A stretch of 64,000 nt of DNA from Ramazzottius varieornatus. Its lineage: Eukaryota; Animalia; Tardigrada. How positions within the stretch are numbered: the stretch's first letter is position 1; each line of letters starts with the position of its first letter. The stretch spans positions 1 through 64,000 of the forward strand of contig BDGG01000001.1 in NCBI GenBank assembly GCA_001949185.1, given 5' to 3'. A program made the translations under genes and the position numbers. The notes under the pieces are model-generated. The model made no database searches and was not told the DNA's origin. It was given only the letters and a program-made list of their open reading frames with translations. Below, piece by piece: positions 47,615 through 60,971 of this stretch.

Positions 47615-49510
47615 TCAGTGAGGACTTTTGATTTCTTTTGCAGACCTAGCAGAAGGCTTATGCTGTAGTTCCAGTTTGACGGGGCTCTTTGACGGCGATC
47701 GAGCATTTGCCGGTGAGACCTTTCCCGAAGCTTCGTCGGCTTTCCGCTGTTCATCGCTCCTCCTCCTGGCTTCCTCCTCGGCTTTCCTACTCTCCTCGGC
47801 CTTCTCCTCCTCCCGTTTCCTCAAGTAAGTTTCCACTGGCTTGAAAGTGTTACGTAACTGCGGGAACATTTCCAGCACTTTCTGTAAGGTGACTTCTTCC
47901 TTCTCTAACAAGGACGCCACCAGCGTTACGATCAAGTCTGCCACGTAGGTCGAAGGGAAGATGCGCAGCGGCTCCGCTGGCGCTTCCACCAGTAACTCCG
48001 TCAAAGATAAGACACCTCTGGCATCATTGGGCCAGATATTCTGGACACTCTCATCCAAACCAGGTAGATGTAGGCCTGATTTCGAGCTTTCGTTCAACAA
48101 AGCCTTCGACGCAGCTTCGAGATCTTCCTTCGTCATCAGCAAGTCTTCCAACGACACTTCTCCTCGCGCATCGCTGGCCAACTTCAACTGAAGCTTTGGG
48201 TCTTTTGGTAGGTTCCTCTTCAACCAGCTCTCGATTTCTACCCTCTGTTTTCGGTCAGGATTTTTTAAAGCCTGGTCTACAGCTCGGATGAGTTTCTCTA
48301 GAATTGACTGCCGTTGATTATGGGGGTATTGTTCTCGTTGCGGGTAACCAAGTCGTTGCATGTGTCGATCTTCCTTGTCTTCTTATCTCTTCCTCGTGCT
48401 GCCTGATCCACTCCCGTCTTCTGTCCAGCACTTCTTTCCCGACTTCCCGTTCCTTCTTCACGACGTTCATACTACAAATATCGTAACCGTCGCATGAGAG
48501 CTTGGCAAACAAACTCGACCAAATCGCTTTTCCCGGTGGCGCACTGTGTTGGCGTAATAGCCTGGGAGAGTGCGTCACTTGGGCAAATAACCTCGGCCAG
48601 ATCGCTTCCCAGGTGGCGCATGCTCTTAGCCAACAACAGCGAAGGCGTGCGCCACTTTGGATTAACGGCATTATCAGGTTTGTTTGCCGAACTTCTGTAT
48701 CGTGTCGTACCGCGTGACATCAGGTTTCCTTCTAACTACCATTGAAGCTTCCGCGTTAGGTTTGCCCGGAACGAAACGATGTCTTTTGGGAAATACTTCT
48801 TGACAGAGAAACTTTAGCTTGACAGTTGAGTAGCCGCTGACTGAAATGAAGACTTGTTTGCCAGCGATACCTCTCCACACAGGTCTCAACCCAATCTCCA
48901 TAGTCTGCGTTTCTCGTCTGGTAGGTCGGAAGTACAGTAGGTACCTCAGGCAAGACTTCGCGGGAAGAGCGGATGTCCCGTTGGGGCACAAGCAGAAATC
49001 GCCACGGTTCCCTCGACAGACAGTCTCAATTTCAAAATCGATCTCGGTTTTATTCTCAAGACTGAAAACCTTGTGAAGAGTCTTGCCCATTATAGTATGG
49101 CCAAAGGCCAAGACGTGTGGCACTTTGAGTTCGATACTGGGGTGGGCTTGCAGGTTGACGGTGAAACTCTGAGTAATGCTCCGATCGGACTGGTCAGCAA
49201 TGTGGATGACGAAGGAGTCGAGGTAGTGAGTGATGGATGTGGGCTGAAAGAGGACTTCGGCGACGGCGAACTCGCGAGGTTTGAGGATGACAATGTCCAT
49301 AAGAGAGATGGCGAAGGCCTTGTTGGAAGGGCTATCCAGCCAGAAACGGATGGTGCTCTGGCCCATGTTGGTCAGGGAAACCAGGCGTTTGCTCCCAGTG
49401 CCCAGCTCGATCTTCCGGAAGAGGATACTTTTAGGGTTGATGTGGATGTCCTCTAGGTTAAAATAATTACAAGTAAGAGCTTTGGGAGGACAACAGCACA
49501 AGTCACTCAT
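47615..49510 (-). pseudogene. CFAP221: CFAP221/PCDP1-like tandem ASH (Ig-like) domain protein with an apparent frameshift near 48385
   Basis: VLFQP..HYLDSF..H...VNLQAHP...P...FG....G......L.N...IDFE...F.P pattern. Exon 2 switches from the frame of ORF 48318-48671 to that of ORF 47615-48361. Confidence 0.55.
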
Positions 49511-50041
49511 GCTTTCTCAGTACCAACGAAGAATTACTTCTATTGAGGAGGACGACAAAAGTCAAGCAGGAAATACGGCAGCAACAACCGGAAGTGCTTT
49601 CAAAACGGCCTATAATTTATCCAATATCTTAAAAGCAGAAGCAAAATTTTCTCGCCTAGACAAACAGATCGTTCATAGACCAAAAAAATCATGGTAAAAG
49701 GGAGAGAAAGCTAGGTAGAAGAAGAAAGTCGCCGGTGGCGTAGAAATCAGATGCAGGCAACGGGGAATGGTTCTTTTCGTGAGAGCTGCGAGTGGTTGAA
49801 CGATCTCCTTGGATACATCTGGCGCGAATGGCTTTGTGCTACAGTAAGAAGATGATGTAGGGTGTTTCTTGGCGTATATCAGAAGTTATGTCGTTTGGTT
49901 CTTTTTGTTTTGTATGAGGGAAGCGACGGAAGTGTATTAGCTCGAACTTTGAAGGAATCTTGATGAAGTAGCAGTTCAATGGATAATTGTCTTTCTGTAC
50001 TTGGCAATGTTGTGCTTGATTGAGCGATTGCTTACTTGATC

Positions 50042-52288
50042 ATGAGCTGGCTTAGCCCCGAGAAGCGCGCCCTCTTCCAGCAGATTCAGGAAGCTCAACG
50101 TGTCGAGGACGAGGCAGCCGGCTTGCAAGCTCGTTTTCAGAAGGTGCCCGATGTTGGTACTGCAGTGAGATCCCTTGTGACGAACAGGTCGCGGGTGGAT
50201 GGAGGGGAACAGCAACGCTATCAGAACCCGAAGGGCCAGCCTCCAGCTGACGCTGCTCAACATGGGCCAGATGCTACCAGAGCTGGACCAAGTCATCTAG
50301 GACCTGACGAGGGGGAAACGGCGCACAAGTCGGGGTTGCAGCAGCAGTCTTCGGGTAACATAGCGCGGAAGTTGTACAACGAGGACTTTGGTCAGAGGAG
50401 TATGAAGGCCACATCGTCGACACCGGCATTGCATTTGGAGAACTTCGTCGGACGCTCCGGTAAATCGGACGTTGGCGAATGACATAAACATGATTGCTTT
50501 CCCCAGTGGCGCACTCTTCTGGCCCATAACAGTGAGACCGTGCGCCTTTTGGGAAGAACAGTCAAACCGGAGAAGATTGTTCTTCCGAGTGGCGTATACC
50601 TCCAGCCATTAGCAATAGGAACTTGCGCCACTTTCCGTACGCATCAGTCCATTTGATAACGTTCCGAATGTTTCGCTTTCCCCCTCAGTTTGTAAACTTG
50701 TGATATCTTGACGGTGGAAATTAATTTGTTAGGTCCAACACGGAAGTCATCGAATACAGGCGACACCCTTCCAAAGGTAAAAAGTGGTACGTGAATTCGG
50801 ATTAGTTTTCTGTAGTCGAATTCCGACTATTGTTTGGTATACGTTGGAACCGGGAGTGCTTTCATTTGATCATTCTCTCTTACGTCAAGCTCTTCCCGGG
50901 CAATCTGCTACGATATTTCGACGCGTATCAAATAAATTCTTCGTTTACAGGAGATATTACTGTGCAAAGGCGCGACATGGTGGGAAGAGAAGTAACTCGC
51001 CGAAGTATCAACGTGGTCGAAAGAAGGTTGTCGGACCGGCCCAACGCTATGATGCTCGTGGATTCTAATGGTATCCTTGAGGGATGAGTACGAGACAACA
51101 ATCCTAGAATCCATTTCAGTTGTCAAGTATAGATGTTTGTGTCATGTAGGATCATATCATCCGCCTTCACCAACGGCCAGGATCTCCATGGCGAAGACCC
51201 AACGATTAAGGGAAGAACGACTACAGCAAGCCAAAATGAGGCAAGAAGCACAGGGCCGTTTTTTCCTACCCAGACCTTCGTTGAAGCTTAAGGTATCAGG
51301 TAAGTCTCACTGTCGATGGAACGCACACAGCAACATAAAGTGAATAAGGTCTTCCGCCTTTCTTCTCGTAGATGGAGCCAGCAAACCTGTCGAGATAGTC
51401 CAGAGGAGAGAAACCTACGGTACGTTCATCGGTTTAGTTGTTTATTTGTATGGTCTCTACAGCTCAAGTCAGCTAATGCTCCGGTTTTCTAGGTAATCTT
51501 CTACTGTACGACACGACTGCCAAGGGCCGTGTTCGGTACAAACCTGACTGGCGTTTTCGTAGAAAAGCGGCAGAATTTTGGAGGGTCCCGGCTGAAATAG
51601 GGGCTCGGCAAATAAACTCGACCAAATTCGAGTGACAGACGTTCTCTTTGTTATGCACTGAAAGTGTGCGCCACAAGAACGATTCTCAAGTTTATTTGTT
51701 TTGCCCAAGCGGCGCACGTTTTTGGTGTTATTGGCTGAGAGCGTGCGTCACTTGGAAAGCGCTCTTGTCCAGTTTCTTTGCTGCCCAACTGTGGTAAGTG
51801 GCGTTAGGATCGATTTACGTTGAATGTTTTTTCTTGCAGATCATGGCGCCAGGATAGTCAACAGTCGGACCAGCGAGCACCGGCCGCCGCCCAGCCTTCC
51901 CAGCGCATCCGAACGGTACGAGAACTTCAGACGGCAAAGTGCAGTAGGCCCGACCGACAGGGGAAACAGCGCCAAGAAAAGGATGGTTCAGACCAAAATG
52001 AACGACGTCTTTCGGAGACTCGGTCAAGATGGTTCGTCGTCTCCGTCAGGGAACGATCGAATGACTATGGCAAAGAACTCAGTGAGTCAGGCCAGTTATC
52101 GGAATAGCGCAAGACTGTCGCAGCTCGCCCAGCCACGAGTTCTTTCTCACCACAACGCGCCCAAGACTGTCAGGAAGGTTGCCGCCGCACCACGCAATGC
52201 TCCAGGGATCCAAGTCTCTTCAAAACTGTCGACCACCACGGGGCAGAAAACTGTTCATACCAGTAAGAAAATGATGATTCCAACCTAA
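50042..52288 (+). CDS. Uncharacterised multi-exon disordered protein
   Basis: Coding-like exons at ~50042-50459, 50952-51070, 51150-51292, 51373-51420 and 51840-52288, separated by GT-AG introns carrying family-A repeats. Confidence 0.45.
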
Positions 52289-52862
52289 TAATCTGATCAC
52301 TTCAAGTGATTCAATATCTATGCCAGTATTCCACTGAAACTCGGGGGGAATTATTCTTAAGATGGTCGACATTTCTGTCCATCAGTCTTAGGTGAAGGTT
52401 GATGTGTCTGTCGGAGTGGTGAGACTGATTCAACCAGGGTTAACTTTTTAGGGGAAAACAAAACGAGAATTTTGAATTCTTAGCCGACGAATTCGACAAG
52501 ATTGCTTTTCTCGAGTTGTGCATGTTCTCAGTGTTAGTAGCTACAAGCGTGCGCCACTTGAAGGAAGCATCTTGTCGAGTTTGATGCTTTTTCCAAGGGG
52601 AGGACGCTTACTGTGTTAGTAGATGAGAGCGTGGGTCGCTTGAAAGTGATTTTGATCATGTTGCCGGTTTACTGTACTCCCGCGATACACACGCCATACT
52701 CGTACGTACGTCAGGAATGTGCACCTCCCGGGGGCAGAAAATTTGAACTTTATTGAATCAATAATCAGTCGAAAAGCTGTACTCTAAAGAGGAATCTTCC
52801 GCCACTTCGTCACTTTTTTACTTGCAGTACTACTTTTCCTAATACAGAGGGAAGTATGGCGT

Positions 52863-53705
52863 GTGTATCGCGGGAGTACAGTAATTCTCGTTACTTCTGG
52901 ACCAAATGAGTTTGGCAAAGACTTGAAGCAATACTGGTCCTTGGTCCTAGAGAAACACGTCTTGGGACGTACAAGTAAGACCGGTACGAAAAGACGAGGA
53001 AAGCGAGCTCGAAAGAATACTTCCAAGTTAGGCCATGACACCTCCAAGACGGACACCACTTCCGCCTCAGACAACTCTTCGACATCGGTCGATTCTTCCA
53101 CCCTCAGCTTCCCCACCGAGACCACCTCAGTCACCTTCGAGACATCCGATACAACCGTCTCCCAGCCAGAAAAGAATAGCAGAAAGACGAAAAAGACTGT
53201 CAGGAGGAAGACGACCATTCGCAAGATCTCGGCCAGCTTGTACAAGCCCAACGCCAACAAGGAAAGTGTCGAACAGGTCCGTGCCAGAATCACGGAACGC
53301 AGGTCCTTCGCTTTCGGCTCTGCTGTACCTCGAGCAGCACCCCTTCCCACAACAAATCAAGTGGAAGAAAGTAAGAAGCCTGTAGTGGTTCCGCAGGCTA
53401 GGAAGCCTTCGATACAAGCCAGGCAGTTTGGGACGGTAGGCTTCCGAAAGGGACAAGTCAGGGAACAGACCGTACCGGAAGTGTCAGAGAACGAGGCTTC
53501 GCATGGCAGTTCCAGAAGTGAAGAGAAAGTTAGCGGGGAATATAGCGCAACTTCGGAGGGAGAAACGGAAGAATCGACGTCGGAAGAGGAGCCCGCTCCC
53601 AACCCTGTCGATATCATTCGTTCTCTCACACAAAAGCTGGCCCTGGAAAATAAGAACGATTTTGCTTCCAATTCTCAAATTTTCTATACACCAGATTCTC
53701 GGTAG
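52863..53705 (+). CDS. Uncharacterised Ser/Thr/Lys-rich low-complexity protein (5' exon probably near 52362)
   Basis: 280-codon open frame. The upstream intron carries a family-A repeat. Confidence 0.45.
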   Translation: MYRGSTVILVTSGPNEFGKDLKQYWSLVLEKHVLGRTSKTGTKRRGKRARKNTSKLGHDTSKTDTTSASDNSSTSVDSSTLSFPTETTSVTFETSDTTVSQPEKNSRKTKKTVRRKTTIRKISASLYKPNANKESVEQVRARITERRSFAFGSAVPRAAPLPTTNQVEESKKPVVVPQARKPSIQARQFGTVGFRKGQVREQTVPEVSENEASHGSSRSEEKVSGEYSATSEGETEESTSEEEPAPNPVDIIRSLTQKLALENKNDFASNSQIFYTPDSR

Positions 53706-54331
53706 ATCTTTCTCTTTTACTCTTTGACATTCTGGCTTCATCTGTGAAAGGGGGCAGAGTTTGTAGCGGACCAGGGTAAAAGCGTGGTGGAACAGGCCGA
53801 AAGTGAACATTTTGCGGTTGTTTAGGTTGTCGTGTCATGGGTAGCGCCGGTGATGTAATGCGGCATTACTATGACGTAGCCTGGCGCCGGGCTGTCTGCC
53901 GGAATTTGGCGTACGTCGTATGAACGTCAGGTTACGGTAGCGTGGATGACGTAACGATGGCACCGCTCTCTGAGGTTAGCCACAAATATGGGCAGCCAAT
54001 GGGGCAAGGGCAAGAGGCGGGCCGACTGCATTGGGCAGCGTTACAAAAACGCTCGTTCATTTGAGCGCATTGTCCTCCCATTCCAGGCTCCGCGAGCGAG
54101 ACTTTGGCCCATTGAATTGCAACACTGGGCAGCAACGTGCACAATAAAGCCGTCTTTTAATTGTTGCTTTCTTCTGCCGTAATTTCGTTCGAGATTTTGA
54201 TTGTGTTTCGCGTTCGATTCGAACGACGCGTGTTGCATTGCGTTCTCTCCCTGTTCTAGCCTTTTTATCCCAGTTTTTTCTTTTGGAGCCGTCTTGCCAG
54301 AGAATTCTAGGTTTTCCTTCCAGAAAGCGAG

Positions 54332-56587
54332 ATGGAGTATTACGAGACGACGGAAGAGCCTTCCTTCTGGCCTGCCTTTGCCCACCAACGCCCGCCAGCA
54401 GGTTTCGCACAGTTCGATGCCACATCAGCTGCAGCAGCAGGCCTGGATGGCGACGCCCGCCTGCATCATCAATACCACAGCCTGGACCATGGCAAAGACC
54501 TGCCCTTTGACGAGGAACAAGTGGCCAGCGCGCTGGACAGTGGCGGCAAGGAGTGGGAAGGGCGGCGCTTCGGAACAGTCTCAGGGGTCCAGGGGGCAGG
54601 TGTCCATGGGGGTGCTGGAGGATACGGCACAGCTCTGGTCAATGCAGGTGGTGGGGGCACGGCCTTGTGCCAGCGCAAGTTGGCGGTCATCAGGCAAGCC
54701 ATGTGGAAAGCGCCACAACGCCCCGTTGCAGCCCAGCTGCAAATGTCCCAAACGTCCAACGGCTCTTCCATAGTGTCAGGCTCGGGTCCGCAGTCGTTGG
54801 CCAGTTCGTTCGACTATAGCCGGGCCGACAGTGACGATTCTTCGGTCAACGATTCGGGGGTGGAGTTGAAGGGCGTACCCATTCGACCAGGCGCACTGGG
54901 CCAGGGCAGCTTGACTGGTGACCCACGCTGGTCGGGCGACATGTGCGTCGAACGACAAGCTCAAGCCTACAGGAGCGCCGCTTCCGGAGCCACAGCCGCA
55001 GCCGTCTGGAGTGGCACACTTCCGCCGCGCAACACGAAAGGATCCGCGTTCTCCTGCAAGGTAAGCAAAAGACAACGGTCGAAAACGTCTTCAAATCCAA
55101 ATTGGCTCTTGTTTGCTAGAATAAGTGAAAGATTATGTATGACGTCACTTTCCGCATTGGCCCAATGTGAAAATACCTCTGGCTTCTCCTCTATTGGCCC
55201 ATCCTAGCTTCTAAGTACTGTGCGAGTTGAAATCAACGTCTGACGTCATTACTTTTACATAGCAGTGCCTGGCTTTGTGTCGTCACACTTGGCTTTTCTA
55301 ACCGGTCTCTTTTACAAAGACTACAAATTCAGTTTACGCTGCACACTTCCGCCTTCTCTTCCAGGTCTTTCTGGGTGGCGTTCCTTGGGATATCACGGAA
55401 AATGATCTACAGTGTGCTTTTGGACGCTTTGGCAATCCAAAGATCGAGTGGCCCGCTGCACACGACTCTAGCAGTCGTAACGTGAAAGGTATTGCACCAT
55501 TCGACCGTTGAGCGTTGACATACTTTCTGCCGTCTCGTGTTCCCGTTTCATTCCTTGACTTGCTTCTCTTTACAGGCCACCTCTACCTCATCTTTGACAC
55601 GGAAAAGTCGGTGAAGCAGCTGTTAGGCTCGTGCAACTACGACTTCAACCAGGGCCACCACAACTGGTACTACAAGGTGGCCAGCAAGCGGATGCGCGTC
55701 AAGGAGGTGCAAGTCATCCCCTGGCAGCTGGCCGACGCCAGCTACGTCCGCAACGGCTGCATGACTACCTTCGGCACTAAGACCGTCTTCGTGGGGAGCC
55801 TCCACGGCATGCTGACGGCCGAAGGACTGGGCAAGGTGCTCGACGACCTCTTTGGTGGAGTCGTGGCGGCCACCATCGATACAGGTGAGAAACGAAACGA
55901 GTAAATCTCACTCCGGATAGCCAACCTGGTGTCCAATAAGACCACGGTTAAAATTAACGGTTTCTGATGAACCTACTGTAAACGAAAAGCGGGCCAAGTG
56001 ATGCTTTCTCCCTAGAGCCCAGGGTTAAGATCAGCAATCATTTGAGAAGTAGCATAACGTAAAGGTTCACCGGGATGGCTGCTTGCTTAGTATGAGAGCC
56101 CACGGTTGAAAACAGCGACCACTTTACCTTAGCTTGGTTTTCCGTATATTTTGCCCGGACGGACTGGCGAGTATTGCGCTAATGTCCCCGGGAGAGAATG
56201 ACGGTCCAGATAAGGAAGTGTAACGGCCATTTTGAATTTTAAATTGGCGCGTTGAGGACTTGTACTGATACTTTTGCGCTGTCTGTTGCAGATAAGTACA
56301 AGTACCCCATTGGATCTGGACGCGTCACCTTCAACTCCAACGACAGTTACATGAAGGCTCTTCGTGCCGTCTTCGTGGACCTGCGCACTCCCAAGTTCAA
56401 CAAGAAGATCCAGATCGACCCCTTCCTGGAAGATTCGGCCTGCAGCATCTGTTCGACGCAGTTGGGTCCGTACTTTTGTCGGGACCTGCAGTGCTTCAGC
56501 TACTTCTGCCACGCGTGCTGGCAGTGGCAGCATTCAGCCAGCAACATTGGCCACCACATTCCGCTGATGCGCAATCCTCGAAGCTGA
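54332..56587 (+). CDS. CPEB1: Cytoplasmic polyadenylation element-binding protein, CPEB1/orb type
   Basis: [65 protein letters not shown] and ZZ-type CSIC...[20 protein letters not shown]. Four exons. Confidence 0.95.
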
Positions 56588-57257
56588 AGACCATCTTACT
56601 CCCAAGAAGCCCCAAAGGGAAGAGCTTTGATGAAGTCTTAATTTCTCGCTGTATTTAATTTTCTTAGTGTCTAACAGTGTTTTCCCGGAAGCGGATAAAA
56701 TTTTCGACTCTTAACGGTTTTCAACGTTTACATTATTTAGTCGTCTTCTTTCTACACTTGGACAACAGAGGTGTCTCTTCTAGGTGCAATTTCGTCTTAG
56801 TTTTGTTAATTTGTTTATCCTCCCTTGTTGCGCCGCTCTCACGGTGGTCTCATCCTAAGTCAGTCACAAGCTTCTTCCTGGTAGAATTTATCCCACTTAA
56901 TTTATTTCTTTGAGGCTTTCCCTTGTACCTCGTGATTCGATCTCGTTGGTTTCCCTCCCATAGTTTTTGCAGAAGCTGTGTTCTCAAGTCTTACTCCATG
57001 ATGTACCTCTTACCGTAACTTAACATTCTTCCTGGCTTTGTACAGGAGAATCGATTTTTTTATCCAGTGTAAAAATAAGTTATCAAGATCCAAAGACCAG
57101 ACATCCGGTTTCGTTCTACAGTGCAGATGTGAAAGCTAGAACCAAGAAAAATAGCAGAGGTAGAAGAAGATATGAGAAAGAAAAACTTAAAGTAGAAAAA
57201 ACTAGAATTCGAACAGCGTGAACAGACCGGACGTGAACCGGAAGTAAAAGTTACGGA

Positions 57258-59137
57258 TCAGATGTTGAAGCCTTTTTTACGAAGCCTACTTTGGATCGAA
57301 ATTTCCACCCAATACAGGATCATGCACGCCATAATGGAAACAAAAGTCAAGGCTTCCATGACATGGACAGGAGTTTTCACCCAGGAATGCATCAGCGTCT
57401 GGACTTCGTCCACACCATCACGGAAAGAGACCATCATTAGCTCTTCAGACTTTTGCTGCTCGTCTCTCTCAAACGCCTCCATGTCGCGCATCATCCTTTT
57501 ACACGCTCTTTCATTCTTCAAGTCTCGATGCTTCCTGACGAGTTGTATTGGTGGAACATCCAAAGAATTTTGGGACTTTGAGGAACGATCGAGGTTGCCT
57601 CCTGCAAATCAAGGAGCTGGTCAATCAAGCCTCACTGTCTATGGCCAATCAATTGACAGATACACTGGCAACAGTATCCAATCTTGTGCAGGAACACCAA
57701 TCAAACAAGTTCACACTCTGCTCACAGTTGATCGGAAATCGTGTTGATTTGTGCAAGAACACTTACCTGCAGAACTGTACCCTTCCCATTCATTCCACGA
57801 ACTCGTGCCGTAAGGTGAAGTTCGGAAAGATGCCTGAGGTGCAGGAACATCCTGTTGTGCTCGAGTATCTGAATAAGCTTGAAAGTAGTTCTCGTCGGAT
57901 TTCCGAGAATACTTCGGTTTGTCTGTTGGCTTCATCGTGGTGGAAGTTCCGGGAGGAACCGTCGTGTTTGTCGGCAGCATCATCTTCCACCATTTCTTAC
58001 TAACTGTCATATTCGATTCCCCCTTCGGAAAGCGTCTCCAGATAGAGCCATTGACTTGCACGACTTTACCCGTGTTGTCTTGCCTGTGTATTGTGCCCAG
58101 TTTTGAGTGTTTGGGTGGTGGATGGCTCTTCGGTACGTGTCGAACCTTGGTGCTGGTCGAGTTTGTCGAAGACTTCTTTCGAACGAACGGATGAGTCCTA
58201 GGTGGCTTTGGCTTCGAGGCAGATTTTTTTTTTGACGTACTCGGCTTGATTATCGTGGTTTTATTGGCAGATATTTTGGTCGGGATATTTAGCTTGACAT
58301 GTTTAGCTGATTTCCCTGTCTTGTCTTTATTTGCTTTCTCGCTTGTGACGTTCGTAGCCTTTTTGAACAGTGTGAAGGTTTGTTTGGATCCTGCTGTGGT
58401 TGTAAGGTTTTTATGTACGACTTTAGTATTCTTCACCGATCTGTCGATCTTCACTGGTTTTCGATGTTTCGGGCTCTGTGGATTCGTCGAAGGTTTTGTA
58501 GTCGCAGGAGTCGCCGAAGCCGTCGAAACTGACACAGATTTCAGTACCACTGGATTGGGCTTCATGTCTATCGAAAGCAGAAGTGTTGACTATTGGAAGA
58601 ATGACTGAGCGGATCGGTCGAACGAAAAACTTTCATCAAAATATGGGAGCTCGGCAGACAAATTCGGCCAGATCGTTTTCCGAAGTGGCGCACGCTTTCA
58701 GCCAATAACGCTGAATATGTGCGCCACTTGGAACAAAGGAAATCGTCAAAACTGTTTCCCAAGTGGCTCACGCATCCAGCCCATAACACGAGAAGGGGCG
58801 CCACCTGGCTGAAAGATCTTGTCGAGTTTATTCACCGAGCTGTCATGTACTGTAATGCTTCTTGAACTTCGCCAATCACGTGATCATACGCGTACAGTTG
58901 AACCCCCGTCCGAACATTTTGGCCTACTAGCCCCCTAAGGGATGTTTCGCGCCTATGATGACGTGCTTCGCGAAGTTCAAGTAGAAGCATCACAGTAGCA
59001 ACCGTACAATGCATACCAAGGGAATGGCCTTTATGAAATCTTCCATGATGTAAAGCTCGTCGCTTCACTCGCAATACTTTGTAAGGCTTGATTGGCTTGT
59101 TAACGCTCTTGGAATCCGCTTGAATGTTGCCTTTGCC
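57258..59137 (-). CDS. Lys/Ser/Thr-rich protein with a C-terminal transmembrane segment
   Basis: A long K/S/T-rich exon (57770-58600) splices in phase to exon 57258-57601, which ends in ALTFVSIMACMILYWV. The 5' end is unresolved. Confidence 0.5.
58660..58832. repeat. Family-A doublet with inverted flanking linkers (near-consensus copy)
   Basis: AAGTGGCGCACGCTTTCAGCCAATAACGCTGAATATGTGCGCCACTT, flanked by AAATTCGGCCAGATCGTTTT and AAAGATCTTGTCGAGTTT. Confidence 0.9.
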
Positions 59138-59265
59138 TGAAACACAATACAGTACTGAATACCACACTGGACGTGTGACGTCATTGCGTCGTTTGGTCAC
59201 GGCGAACGAGCTTTGAAGTGTCTTCGAGATAATCATGCGATATTGGCTCATTCCAGAGGTTGATA

Positions 59266-59391
59266 CTGTATGCTCTCCCGAAATTCACGTACGTCACTGA
59301 TTCAGACTGTTATGGTCACCGTATGAGAACTCTTTCTCTAGTTTTACACTCTGAATGGAGTGACGTACGTGAATTTCGGGAGAGTATACAG
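59266..59391. mobile_element. Short TA-flanked MITE
   Basis: TA|CTGTATGCTCTCCCGAAATTCACGTACGTCACT ... AGTGACGTACGTGAATTTCGGGAGAGTATACAG|TA, near-perfect TIRs. Confidence 0.75.
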
Positions 59392-60180
59392 TACTCGCCT
59401 TGTTTAGTTTAGTAAGTCGGATTAGCACAGTGGTCAGCCAATCAGATCAGGCGATGGAGGCGGACCTGAACGCATTGAACCCACTATGCTATGCAAATTC
59501 CTGATCGGTGCTTAGCACGTACAGCCCACTAAACCCTGTTTAGTAAAAAGTGGTTAGTGGCCTAGTCATGTTGCACCGTGGGTATTGACTACTATGTAGC
59601 ATCCATGATGCTACTTGAATCCGTAAACTTTACCTGTCGTCTACTTTACGGCACCTTTTGACTTTTTCCAACTGGCAAGTTTCGAATTTCTACCTCACAG
59701 TCCCAGTCTCACTGGAAAATTTCCTTTTGCTTGTTTTCACGATCGTTTCATCGACCCAGCCATAGTAGACAACTCGTGCATGAAACACAGAACCATAGCT
59801 GACCAGAAAACCAGCTCTGAATTTGACGTCGCGTTGAAGTAAACGTGGCTAGCAGCTTTGGACACGATTCGCAAGCAGAATTCGAAAGACAAAAGCGCTT
59901 TGCTTCCGCAGCCTTTTAGTAGTTCGACTTCACATACTCTGACTTTAACTGAGCTTTGTGTTCAGAGCTTTAACTGCCTCTTCAACTGCTGGTTCACGAC
60001 TGCCGTTGTACGTACGTTGCACTACGCTAATCCGAGCCTGGCATAACGGGTCGCAACCTCTGCGTTGTTTAGTGTAGCTGGTGGGCGGAGTCTGATTGCT
60101 GTGCCGATTGAAAACAGTAAACTAAACCAGGCAAGTACCAACCTCTCTATTGTGTCTATCGTACAGCTTGTGCTGCCACA

Positions 60181-60735
60181 TTACTCACTCGCGCAGTTCT
60201 TATCATCCGGACGGCATATTCTCGTCACTATCCTTCCGTCTCCCTCCGCTCTGATTCGGATAACATTGACAGTTTGCAGGTGTTTCTGATGGCGTTTGTG
60301 AACATTCCTTCTTGGATGCGGCTTGTCCTTTTCGTGTCCCTTCGACTTCTTCATTTTTCTTCGATGTGTCTCTTGTATCTTGTGCGTTTTCTCCCATTCT
60401 AATTCCTCCGTACTTCTGCGGTTATTATCCGCTCTGCTGACCAATACGGTCGACTGCAGAGTCGCCAAGTGTTTCGCTCCCGGTCCAGGTGGCGTCTTCG
60501 GGTTCGAGGGACTCTTCAAACTGGGATGATGCTTGTCCACACTACCATTCCCACCTTTTCGTACTTGCTGGATATACTCCACAGAGGCTTTATGGGCTTC
60601 TTGAGACGCCTTCTGACTGGCCACCCCGACCAATATCTCCGAGATGACTAAACCGATAGCACAACCCACGAAGAAAACCAAAGCGCCCGTCTTCTTTGAT
60701 ATCGATGGAGAAGACGAGGTGGAATTTTCCATCAT
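60181..60735 (-). CDS. Uncharacterised protein with an N-terminal signal anchor and a basic disordered region
   Basis: GALVFFVGCAIGLVISEILVGVA transmembrane segment. May splice to a further exon near 59940-60100. Confidence 0.5.
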   Translation of the reverse strand: MMENSTSSSPSISKKTGALVFFVGCAIGLVISEILVGVASQKASQEAHKASVEYIQQVRKGGNGSVDKHHPSLKSPSNPKTPPGPGAKHLATLQSTVLVSRADNNRRSTEELEWEKTHKIQETHRRKMKKSKGHEKDKPHPRRNVHKRHQKHLQTVNVIRIRAEGDGRIVTRICRPDDKNCASE

Positions 60736-60971
60736 TAGGGTCAGTCATCTTTGATGACGCAATCATCCCAGGAGCAACATCCCGAAGATCATTGCTTTAC
60801 TCTTCCGCCTCTGTAACCAGTTTCCAAGCTACCGTACAAGCAAATTAACCACTACGTAGAAAACACTTCCAGAAAAAAATTCATCCATAAAATTTACGTT
60901 TTTTCTTGTGGTAATATTTCGCCTTTTGATTTTCACACGAAAAAACTCATCGAGGGTTTTTTTGATATAAA

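Noticed and set aside
57050-57080. CPE (UUUUUAU) autoregulatory element in the CPEB1 3' UTR
   Set aside because: The motif is short in a U-rich region, the adjacent hexamer is non-canonical (AATAAG), and the transcript end is unknown.
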